Assembly (NCBI GenBank): GCA_028023455.1
Contig: JAQFVV010000004.1
Location: forward strand, 17,918,001-17,982,000
Length of the DNA: 64,000 nt
DNA from: Epiperipatus broadwayi
Taxonomy: Eukaryota > Animalia > Onychophora
Direction: 5' to 3'
Part shown: positions 26,179 through 37,500 of the stretch, in pieces
Numbering within the stretch: the stretch's first letter is position 1
Layout: each line of letters opens with the position of its first letter
Notes under the pieces: generated by a model
The model's database searches: none
The model's input: only the letters and a program-made list of their open reading frames with translations
What the model was told of the DNA's origin: nothing
Translations under genes and position numbers: made by a program

Positions 26179-27100
26179 GTGGCTGAACCTGATCAGAAAA
26201 ACTTAGGAAGAATTCTGGATTCGAGTGAAGTAGAAAGTCTTCAGAACACAAAAACATTAGCAATATTGGCAGAAAACCAACATAATCCACAAAGTCAGGT
26301 AGAGCTCAGACCACTTGATAAACCTATATGTGAATACTGTAGAATCTTAGTTAATGAATCTCAGGAGTTGAGAGAAAAGCATTCAAATGATATTCCTGGA
26401 TATAAATTGAAACTTGGCTCATAGGATATTCAGATTAACCGTGAGTCAAATGATGAATTCATAAGAGTCAAGACCAGCCCATATTCTAAAGACATCATGG
26501 AAGAATACATGGAAGTGTGATGATAAATGAATTGGATATATATTTGAAATCATCCTGGCACATTCGTATTCACCATTGAAATAAAATAACGTTTCTCAAA
26601 CATGGCATTGATGAACTGAGTGACAACCATCAGACCAAAGCATTACTGATTATAATGGCTATCACAAAAGAAGGTTGTCACAATAGAAAAGCCAATTTTG
26701 AAGGCACAAATGAAGTCAAGACTTACATTATTTAATTTAAAGTCACTATAATATTCCTGGATATCAAGTGAAACTTGGCTCATAGGATATTCAGATTAAC
26801 CGTGAGTCAAATGATGAACTCATAACAGTCAAGACCAGCCCATATTCTAAAGACATCATGGAAGAATACATGGAAGAAAGTGTGATGATAAATGAATTGG
26901 ACGTATATTTGAAAATCATCCTGGCATCTTCGTATTCACCATTGAAATAAAATTATGTTTCTCAAACATGACGTTGATGAAATGAGGACAACCATCAGAC
27001 CAAAGCATTACTGATTATAATGGCTATCACAAAAGAAGGTTGTCACAAAAGAAAAGCCAATTTTGAAGGCACAAATGAAGTCAAGACTTACATTATGGCA
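26179..27100 (+). pseudogene. Gypsy gag zinc-knuckle and RT N-terminal relics
   Basis: CEYCRILVNESQEL (from 26329) is a decayed CX2CX4HX4C; DIYLKSSWHIRIHH*NKITF (about 26535) resembles DLKSxYWQIxxHPxDxxKTAF. Confidence 0.6.
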
Positions 27101-28799
27101 TTTAAATGTTAGGTACTTCATCAAATCATTCAAAGCATCCTACCTGAATACCCTAGGTCTGATTGCAGTGAGATGCATTCCCCCCTCTTCCTATGGACCA
27201 TTACATCTGGCTCCCAAACTTTTAAGGGCTTGAAACAGGAGTTTCTAAGGAGGTCTGGTAAAATTAGAAAAAAAAAAAATTTTTGGAACTTATTCACCCT
27301 GATGGATTTACCTGATTGACAGAAATGAAAAGATACACTGAGAGCATGAATAAATAATTAATTAATAAAATTAAAATAAAATAGGGGAATTAGGCAAATA
27401 AATGGACAGGCTAAAAACTAAACGTTAAAAGTAATACACACCCAAACATAAAAGTACAGAGAGAAGTTAAATATAAGTGCTAAATGGCAAGAATGATAAC
27501 CAGGGGTGAAAAATGGAAAACATTTATTAATTAGAGATATGGAATGTTCTAAGGTACTACAAAATAGCGGTGATAGTGAAGTAGAAGGTGATACTCTGGG
27601 TAAATTGTGATCTTCACCGATCCAATTACCAGGGGATCTACGACCGAGGTTGATCACCCTAAATTGGGATCTTCACCGATCCAGTTACCAGGGGGATCTA
27701 GGACCGAGGTTGATCACCCTCCATTAGGCACATATTGCAGGTCAAGTGATATTCCAAACCCAAGAAGCACTGAGTAATGAGATAGTTCAGATATCTGAAG
27801 CTGGAGTAACACAGCCTCCAAAATCTGAGGTGACCATGGAACGAATACTTCAAAGTGATCATGAGCTTGACAGATGACATGAGGCATATGCGAGAAGAAA
27901 TGAACCGTATATGGAGATTCAAAGATAAATATAAGTAATATAACAGCAGGTTCAAAAATAGAAATAATGCAATCCAAGTGTAGCACTATTGATCAATCAA
28001 TATTAAGTGCACTGGAATATACCACATGACAAAGTGATGACAGAATCATCATAGCATTGTTCAAGCAGCTGAACCTGATCAGGAAAAACTTAGGATGAAT
28101 GATGGATTCGAGTAAAGTTAGAAAGTCTTCAGAACACAAAGACATTAGTGATATTGGCAGAAAACCTCCACAAGGTCAGGTAGAGAACTCAGACCACTTG
28201 ATAAACCTACATGTGAAAACTGTAGAATCTAAGTTGATAAATCTCAGGAGTTGAGAAAAAAGCATTCAAATGATATTCATGGATATCAAGTGAAACTTGG
28301 CTCATAGGATATTCAGATTAACCATGAGTCAAATGACGAATCCATAAGAGTCAAGATCAGCCCATATTCTACAGACATCATGGAAGAATATATGAAAAAA
28401 AGTCTGATGATAAATGAATTGAATGTATATTTGAAATCATCCTGGCACATTCGTATTCACCATTGAAATAAAATTACATTTCTCAAGCATGACGTTGATG
28501 AACTGAGTGTGTGATGATAAATGAATTGGATGTATATTTGAAATCATCCTGGCACATTCATATTCACCATTGAAATAAAATTACATTTCTCAAGCATGAC
28601 GTTGATGAACTGAATGACAACCATCAGACCAAAGCATTACTGATTATAATGGCTATCACAAAAAAAGGTCACAATAGAAAAGCAAATTTTGAAGGTATAA
28701 ATGAAGTCAAGACTTACATTATGGCATTTAAAGTCACTCCATAACTAAAGGGATGATCAAATTATAGAAAACCAGTAGATGATTCAAATAAGGAAGGTT

Positions 28800-29490
28800 G
28801 TTGGATCATGATAGTGAATACCACTCCACAAACCACTAAACAAGAAAGTCCACAATTCCACAAGTTATGCAATACCTATGAAGGTCCCTTCACATTCATT
28901 AAACATAAGAATGCTAGTGCTTAAGAAGCAAATGTTATGGATGGTCCTTATGGATTGTGACATGGAACACATAAATCAGAATAACCCAAAGACAATGAAC
29001 CCAAATATAATGCTTACAAAAAAGAGAATAACTGATGATGTCACAATTACAAGATGTTTAAAAGTAGGTAGGGCATGGACATATGCACCTACATGTAAAC
29101 CACAGCTTATGGCCATTCAACCAAACATAGGGTTTAGGCCAACTAAGCAATCCAAGAGTGACATGAAATTTAACCAAGTACCAACCCACAGTTAAAAAAC
29201 CCCAGATTTATATAAAAACTAATATATTAAAAGAGTATGAACAACTAATTGATAAGGCTGAATAAAAAAACAAAAACAAGAAGTGGAAATTACACAAATT
29301 TAAGATAGGAGATGGTCTTTATCAAGATGCCCCACGTGAGTAAACCACTGGAAAAATAAATGCCAAAAATTTTATCACCAATATGAAGGACCATTCACTA
29401 TTGTGAAGCAGTCAGGCCCAAATGTGTTTTTGGATAAATGTGGAAGGTGAAATTAAGGGTACATACAATGCCTGCAGTTTAAAGCCATAT
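28800..29490 (+). pseudogene. Gypsy integrase C-terminal (GPY/F) relics, two non-identical copies
   Basis: YEGPFTFIKH at 28877; FKIGD..YEGPFTIVKQSGPNVF..GTYNACSLKPYF around 29300-29490, with YEGPF at 29382. Confidence 0.7.
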
Positions 29491-30035
29491 TTTGATCAGA
29501 ATGATCACTTAACTGATACACTCATATTAAATACAAGGAAAGAGAGGTGACATAAAAAAAAATAATAGGGTCAAAGGTTTGTGATAAGAGTATGCCCACG
29601 TAAGAACAAAAGCAATTGCTGGGATACTTTAGAGCCAACTGAGAACAGGAGTTGATCCATACAGAATGGACACTCCAATGCTTCATTTAAACCTTCAAAA
29701 ATATCCAGTAAGTCTCAAAAGTGAGCAGGATGAAAGCTAACAAATTAAATCATGTACCTTCTGCAACAGACACATTACCAGTTGAGTTTGAAGCATATAT
29801 CCATCATAAATAAATAAAAAAGACCCATATATGAATCTCACTTTAGGGTAACGCAATTAATGGTAGGGAATTATGCAAGAAAATATATACAGTTGAGGAA
29901 ATGTCAAAAGATGAAATCAGTAGGCTTTATAACCCTCCTTTAAATAGAAAAAAAAAAGACAATCCAGCGCTAAACAAAATGTATATACTACTTAAATGAA
30001 AAAATTTTAAACATAGCATAAAATTTTAATCCTGT

Positions 30036-30047
30036 AAGGATGGGGGA
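30036..30047 (+). promoter_or_regulatory. Polypurine tract
   Basis: AAGGATGGGGGA lies 2 nt upstream of the 3' LTR start. Confidence 0.65.
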
Positions 30048-30049
30048 CT

Positions 30050-32340
30050 TATAAGGGTAGCTAAAAATCCGACTGAGTCCAGCTTTTTTTTACTCACACC
30101 ATCAAATGGTCAAGCATCCATTATTATTTTATAGAGTAAACATAAATATATACTCAACAAATGTTTATTTCATTAAATACTATATTAAATAAATGTTACA
30201 ATAGACTAATTTCCCTTATCTAATAAAGATAAAAACAGTAGTTAATAAAATCATACAAATATATATGTATACCAATAATGAATTAAATGTCAATCTATTT
30301 TATGTCATGATACAAGACTTAGACTCAGTAAACAAAGCAATGACCTAATGTCAAGCCAGTCACTAGGTAACCAAATACAGAAAGTGAAAGCAGAATTCTA
30401 TTATGTAATTTTATTTTTACTTGCAATCAATATAATACACACAACAATAGATATATACAGCAATGGAAAAAGAAATAGAAATGCAAGTATACTAATCAAT
30501 GGGAATTAAACACAGTAAAAAAGCAAACCCAGTTCATTTCCATCATCTTTTATTATTTTCAAAAGGATATAATAGCTGTATAAGACCAACATCTAAAAAT
30601 TGAATGTTTGAATCTAAGAGAATATGGCGATTCAAATATTCCAAATTATACATCTAATCTTTGTAGCGCAAAATTATAATAAAAAACTATAGCCAATATT
30701 TAAATAAAGTTTTGATAAATTAGCATGATTGGATAAAAATAACTGAACTGATTTAAAATTGACATTTAAAATAAAAAACTATGCTATTATTTGAATACAG
30801 ATAAAATAAAACATCGCCAGTATATATATATAAATGATTAAATAATTCTTTTCTTATAAAAGCCATTAAATACCAAATAGCGAATGAAGGAAAATTAAAT
30901 CTTTTGTAAACTGCAGAACAATGTATTCTGGCTAATTTAACATTGCCATAGAACCAGAGTGCTATTGTCTTTGACCATAAGAAATGTGATGATTTAATAT
31001 TCACCTGTCTAATGCCTAAAAAAACATCTCAAATGTCCCATCTTAAATGTCTAGATGGATACAGAATGAACACAACAGATGGAAATAACATCATCTCAAA
31101 TGCATTGCCAAGGAGTCCCTGCAAGTGATGCATGACTTACCAAAGGATGACCCAAAGATAGATGAACTCTATCTATGAAAGACATTATTTGCAAAATTCA
31201 GACATTAATCAAGATGATTTGAAGTTTTAATTTATTATGTGTTATATATATATATGTTTGTAGATTTCTATTTTTATCTCCACTGTAATTGAAATTAAGT
31301 AAATACAGTGGGAAAGGTTATTAAGTTACACAATATTTTTTTGTCAAATAAAGTTTAGGTCAACTCTCCCTCCATAGTGATCTTACATTAATCACCATCA
31401 TCATGTGATAGTAAGATTTTATTTGATATTATTCTATATTAAGAACATACATTTGATACAGAACAGAGTTGGTGTTTTTTTTTTGTTAACTAATGTTCAT
31501 TTATATTTGTTTATTTGGTATGAATGACTAATCTTCTTGTTTGGACATTCTTTTCTATCAATATAGGCAACTTGCACATAGTTAGTGGGGGTTCCCAAAA
31601 AAGATGAAACTTCTACAGCTGGAATTGGACAAAGAAGCTACTGCACATACATTGATGCAATATTATAAAATACTTAATCAGCTTCACAATCGTAATAATG
31701 AATTGATTTCTTTTTTGTTAATTTTATCTGCTTTGTAAATATTTCTGCCTTGTTATGTATATCTACCATGGGTAAGGGTTGGAATAATAAACACATTTAA
31801 TCATTAATACAGTAGATACATAATTGACATATACAAAAATATATACTTTTTTTATCATGTTAAAAGTTTTGAATTTTTATTTAGTTAGTCAATAAACATT
31901 GTTAACTTTATACTTTATTTTCATTAAAATGGTCTAGTTTTTCAAAGTTATTTATCCATTCATTCATCAATTCATCACCAGATACACATACACACATTTT
32001 ATTTTTGAATCATAATATAAGGTGTAGATGAACCCTTCACTCAATTGAAACCTATATAGAGGTGCTGTAGTTGCTATCTAGAGTAAATACATCCCTGAAG
32101 AGAGTCAAAGGCAATATTCTCCCTGAGTTTGAATACTGAGGCATAGTGGAATCCAAAAGAAGGGTGATGTAAAGATGAACTAGCCTAAATTGTATCTGAA
32201 TTTAATGTGTAAACTTAGATCTAGTCCATTGGAGATACAATCATTGGTTAGATACTTCAAATAATTCACAGCATTCTACTTGAAGACCCTAGGCCCAATC
32301 ATAGTGAGATGTGTTCCGCCTCTTCCGGAAATCCGTTACA
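30050..32340 (+). repeat. 3' LTR (2291 bp)
   Basis: Starts TATAAGGGTAGCT (5' LTR: TGTAAGGATAGCT) and ends CCGTTACA, followed by TSD CTTG. Confidence 0.87.
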
Positions 32341-32848
32341 CTTGTAAATCATTAAAAAATTGAGAACTACAAAAGTAATTAACTAATAGTAACTCCATCA
32401 AATTTTGCTACTTTTCTTTACTAAGACAATAAAGCCAATTACTCAAGGCTTTAACGTCTTAGTATATATATACTTTATATGGAATTTGGAAGTTATAAAT
32501 GAACTATTAGTCTGCTTTCAGAATCTGAAAGTTATAATTGACTATTTATTAATCTGCTTTCAGAACAGGTTATATTTGCCTGATTAATAAGATTTGTTTA
32601 AACTTCTTTGCAATATTAATTTCACACTCTTTGGTCAAGTTGCAATCTTTAATTTTTCATAAACATATCAGACCATATATAAAGGTGATACTACCTTCAT
32701 TGTTTAAAGGGCTTGCCTTGACTACAGATTGAGATTGTTGATAGCTTAAGTGATTACTATCTCCTTTTTTAAGATATGTAATTCTGTAAGTAATATTAAT
32801 TCACTTCCAAGAAAAGATTAAATCTTATTCACAATTTAACTACTAACT

Positions 32849-32890
32849 TGCTGAGCAATGCTTTCGACCTGGGAAACCATAATCATAGCA
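32849..32890 (-). ncRNA. Type-I hammerhead ribozyme, A3-U8 core variant (copy 1)
   Basis: Minus strand reads TGCT-ATGATTA-T-GGTT-TCCCA-GGTC-GAAA-GC-ATT-GC-T-C^AGCA. Stems I, II (G-U rich) and III all pair. Confidence 0.72.
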
Positions 32891-33247
32891 CTCAAACTTA
32901 TTGGCTAAAGTAGTTTTATTAGGAGAAAACATGACATGTAAATTTATAATTTGCAGTCCTCTTCTGTGACAATGCTATTTGGCGACAAACCGTGCTTCTT
33001 TAAATTTTTCTTTTCTGATCATTGCACTCTGCATACACTGTTTTAATATTCTGTGGATCAAAAGCATGGCAAGATTATTTCGTGCTCCAGAAACACTGAC
33101 TTCACATTGCAATCTTTCTTTGCATGAGAATATATGTATAGCATTGTCACAGAAATGGAATATGTAAATTTCAAATGCATATATTATCCATTAAGTATTA
33201 ATGTCATGTTTTCTCCTAATAATACTAGTTTAGCCAATAAGTTTGAG
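32891..33247. repeat. 47-bp inverted repeat with nested 15-bp inverted repeat
   Basis: 32891-32937 pairs with 33201-33247 (2 mismatches); TCTGTGACAATGCTA (about 32963) pairs with TAGCATTGTCACAGA (about 33139). Confidence 0.8.
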
Positions 33248-33840
33248 CAAAATATATTCTACTTATTATCACCGCCCGCCATTAAAAACTTTTTAACAAC
33301 AGCACGCTTTCTTTCAAAAAAATATTGACTTATAAATGTAGTGTTCTTTTCACATTAAAATCAATCAAATCACTCCTTTTTTCTTTCCAAAAACTTTATT
33401 TTTTCCATCATCATATATATATACATGTACTTGTTTAACACATCCAACATTTTGACCACCTTATTTATAGTCATTTTCAAGGATCTACAAAATACATATT
33501 ATATTTTTGTAATTATCCATACAATTAAAAATAAAATAAAAACCACAAAAATGTATCTATCCCTGTCATAAAAAAAACAATAACATTTTCCTTTCATTTT
33601 TCCATACCTCTTTTTTTATACATACTACATTATATTTACACTACTCTTACTTTCTTCTTTCCTCTTCAAACTTTTTACTTTTGTTATACATTTCCTTTAA
33701 AAAAAAAAAACTAACCACAAATATATATTTTTTCCTTTTTATACCTCTTAAGAACTTACTTAAAAACAATATCTTTACATACAAATTTATTCTTTACTTA
33801 AAATATATCATTTATATAATTTATTCTATTCAGAATAGGT

Positions 33841-34201
33841 TTATTTCTTTTTATATATACTTTCCTTTACCATTCTCTCTCTATATAATCTTACTTTCTC
33901 CAACATTTTTTATCTTAAAATCTATATGCCCAAATTGTTTACTGTGTATGTTAACATTTGAATTTTTAGCACTCAAATGTTTCAACCTTGTCTCTAATTT
34001 ATTCTTTGTTGTACCAATATATGACACATTCTTATTATCTTTTTTACAATCTAAACACTCAATTCTATAAATACCATTCAAATTTTCAATATTCCTATTT
34101 CTTGTTTCTTTTATCACTTTGCCTAAATTACACTTCCTTTTATATACTGGTTTCAACAATAAAGTGCATTCCTGTCCATATTTCCTATTTATATCCTTCA
34201 T
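33841..34201 (-). pseudogene. Penelope-type GIY-YIG endonuclease relic (frameshifted)
   Basis: NGIYRIECLDC...YIGTTKNKLETRLKH...H...GH; after a frameshift near 33905 it continues MLEKVRLYRERMVKESIYKKK*, including the conserved Glu motif. Confidence 0.85.
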
Positions 34202-34308
34202 TATCTTTTTAATCTTAAAAAAGATATTTTTGATACCTTATAACTACTATATATAAATTCCTTTTTTTCTTCTTCTTTTTATCCAATTTTATTTTTATTT
34301 AGTTTGAA

Positions 34309-34350
34309 CACTATGATTATGACCTCCCAGGTTGAAAGCATTGCTCAGTG
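34309..34350 (+). ncRNA. Type-I hammerhead ribozyme, A3-U8 core variant (copy 2)
   Basis: CACT-ATGATTA-T-GACC-TCCCA-GGTT-GAAA-GC-ATT-GC-T-C^AGTG. Predicted cleavage after 34346. Confidence 0.75.
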
Positions 34351-34591
34351 AGTTATAAGTTAAATTGTGAAATAAAATTTAATCGTTTCTTGGAAGCGAA
34401 TTAACACTACTTAGAGAATTAACTAATAGTAATGAAATTTGGAGATATTATTTCAAAATAATCTGAGTCTAAAATCTCTTTAGGATAAAAATAATTTTTT
34501 ATCCTAGTAAGCAAATAAAAACTTTTCAATAGTTAATTTATATCCAAAACATAGTAAAGTAACTAGTGGTATTTTCTTTTTGTGTATACAT

Positions 34592-37500
34592 CAGTGACTT
34601 CAATGTGTGTACTGTGGCACACTGTACCACACTAAAATTTATAATTTATAAAACATTATTGAAATTCTAAGATCACAAAAAATACGATCATAATTCATAT
34701 ATCGTAAAAAATAAGAAAGCCGAAACTTTTCCGACATCATGTTGCACACACATATCTATCTTACTAAATGCAAGCATCAGTGCATTTGAGAAAAATTCAT
34801 TGTGCTACAAAACAGCATTGTAGTAGTTACATAGGTTTTCCCAGTAATAATTACTAAATCTATGTAATAATTTATTTTTCAAGTCAAAGGTAATATTTTT
34901 AACATATTTATTTTAACAAGTATTTATTAATAATAATAATTTTGGTTCACCAATGGATATATATCTTAAAATTCTTTAAAAATACAAATAAAGCTAATGA
35001 TGAGGAAGGAAAAAAATTATCTATTGATAAATATAATTTACAAGATCTTAACATCACTGCTAAGAAAAATAATCAGGTATTATAATGATAGTTTTTTCAA
35101 ATTTGATTTACTTCATTGGGAGATAAAAACAATCCTTCTCCCTTGTGTGTAGTATAACCCAATGGTTTTTAATAAATTATAGCGCTATTTTGCCGCACTT
35201 CATGCAAATTTTACTTCTATAAATAAAGTCTATTTTAAAGGGTTAATACAAATGCAAAGAAAACAGAAAAAAAAATTTCAAACAAAAATGAAAATAACTG
35301 ATAATGCTCAAATAGCAGGCATTGTATAATATAGCTGAATTATTTGCAAAAAAAAATCATAAATAACAGCTGTAAAATTATTATAAAAAGAATAATTAGA
35401 GTCAAGCAGTTAAAAAAGTATCTAAAATTCCTTTATCAGACGCTACAATTAGAAGAAAAATTACAATTATGTTATAGAATGTTTCAAATGTTATAAATAT
35501 AATAATAATAATAATTCAAAATTCTCTTTGCAAATAGATGAATGTACTGATATTATTGGAAAGGTACAATTAATTAGATTTAATCTTTTCATTAAGAAGA
35601 AAGAAGAATTAATCAATTTCTATTTCTTAATAAACTTATGGATAGAAAAACTGGACAAGATATATTGTTTGTTTTATAATAGCATGTTGAAACCGCTGGA
35701 GGGCATGGTTTGTTTGTAAACAAAGATAAATATAATGTTGCCGGGGCCGGGTTTCTTCTTTTTTTTTTTTTTTTTGGCTTTGGTTTTTTGTTTATCACAT
35801 TTATAAAAGTAATATCAAATCAATTTTTTAAACACAACCAAAAAAAAAAAAATGCATAAAAAAAATGAATTTACATGTAAAGGTATTTAATTTTTTTTTA
35901 TTCTTTTCATTAGTTATATTTTCTAAAGAGGGCCAGGTTTGTTTTTTTCGGTCTATGTATTTTTTTTGTTGTTGTTGTTTATCACATTTAAAAAGTACGG
36001 TGGCTATCAAATCAATTTTGGCAACCCAAAAAAAAAAATACATCAATTAAAAATGAATTTTAAAAAGTAGTTACCACTTTTTTTTTTTATTCTTCTCATT
36101 AAACCCTTATATTTTCGGTTCGGTATTGTACGACAAAAAAATTAGATTCTTCTTTTTTTTTGTTTTATTTTTATAAATTATAAATAAATCTATTTCCATT
36201 TAATGGTAACATTTACAAGCCAAAGTCAAACTTTGGGAGAGGGGGAAAAGGAAGGGGAGGGTGTTTCCAATTGCTAACAGAACGGAATGCAAAAAACTCG
36301 AAGGTTGACAAAGTTTTGACGGTAATTACCAAAAACATAAATATATATGGCAATTAAAACCAACTTTTTGGGCTCTTCAGGAAAAAAACAGCATGCATGC
36401 AGCTTCAAGCTGTTTTGTTTGATAACCCGGTTCCAGCAGTCAGAGAAGAATACTTTCTTTGACATTCGGAAAGTTTCCTATTTCAGCCATTTGATTCAGC
36501 TCGCAGTTGTTCTCGCACGAAACGTGACTTAGAGCATGATTTGATAGGAATTGCGCTTGCACCTACACTTGCCCAATTTTTTCAGCAGGAAATGGGGGCT
36601 AGGGAAGCATGAGATTCTGCTCATAATTGTTAGTAGACCTTCCTAAAACATGGGATATAGAGGGGGAGATGGTCTTAATGAATATTAAAATAGTTTTGAC
36701 AATCGGAATTCCAGCCACCCTTAGACAATACTGTAGCCAAAAGTGAAATGTGATCGCACATCCAAAATGCTTTGCCCAAATCTGAGCTGTAAGCTGACAC
36801 GATAGCTTCTGCAGCAGATTAAATGTCATGTTTCTGTGTGCATTAGCATAGAAATAAACACAGCATTCCCCCCCCGTATCAATGGACTATTTCTAGGCTT
36901 ACGCATTAGAAATAGAATGTTCGATAGTGGCGGAGGCTGCCTAAACTGCATATTTCTGTGCGCTATCATAGAAATAACGCCCTCCGGCGGTTTCAACACG
37001 CTATTGTAAAACAAACGATATATTTCAGTCGGTAAACTCATTCTTTGAAAAACATAATATTTTATGTAAGTTGTGCATTGTTTTCTGTACAAATGTTGCA
37101 AAATTTATGATTGAAACAGGAAAAAGTTTTAGTTCATATGTCAAAAAATGATTTTATTTGCTCATTTATTTCCTACATTGAGAGACACTCATATTCATGA
37201 CTAAAACTCTTCCTGAAGAATTGGATCTTCTTTAAAAACAGGCTCACATATTGTCAATTATATAAAATCAAAAAAATATGTACATTTAAAGATATTTGTT
37301 GTTCCGTAATATGAATACCAGTGCTTACTATTCCATATAGAAATTAAATGATTGTCAAGAGGTAAGGTTTTAAATCAATTAGTAAATGAAATGGTAATAA
37401 CTTTCATGAAAACTAAAAAGCGCGAGACATTTTTTATCACATTTAAAAAAAATACAAGATGATGATGCACAAAATTCTCTTATTTGTTAGATATTTTATC

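Larger units (their letters stand above)
25141..28735 (+). repeat. Tandem duplication of LTR end + PBS + gag/RT relic, with nested 61-bp and ~350-bp sub-duplications
   Basis: 25141-27106 is similar to 27107-28735. Sub-repeats: 26390-26745 vs 26750-27100, 27600-27720, and 28420-28620. Confidence 0.88.
17077..32340 (+). mobile_element. Ty3/Gypsy-type LTR retrotransposon, internally deleted and duplicated, with nested insertions
   Basis: TGTAAGG start and CCGTTACA end; 4-bp TSD CTTG (17073-17076, 32341-32344); paired LTRs, PBS, PPT, and gag zinc-knuckle, RT and integrase relics. Confidence 0.88.
32780..34420 (-). mobile_element. 5'-truncated Penelope-like element with inverted pLTR copies
   Basis: GIY-YIG relic on the minus strand; ~120-bp homologous segments at 32780-32897 (sense) and 34301-34420 (antisense), each containing a hammerhead motif. 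Confidence 0.8.
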
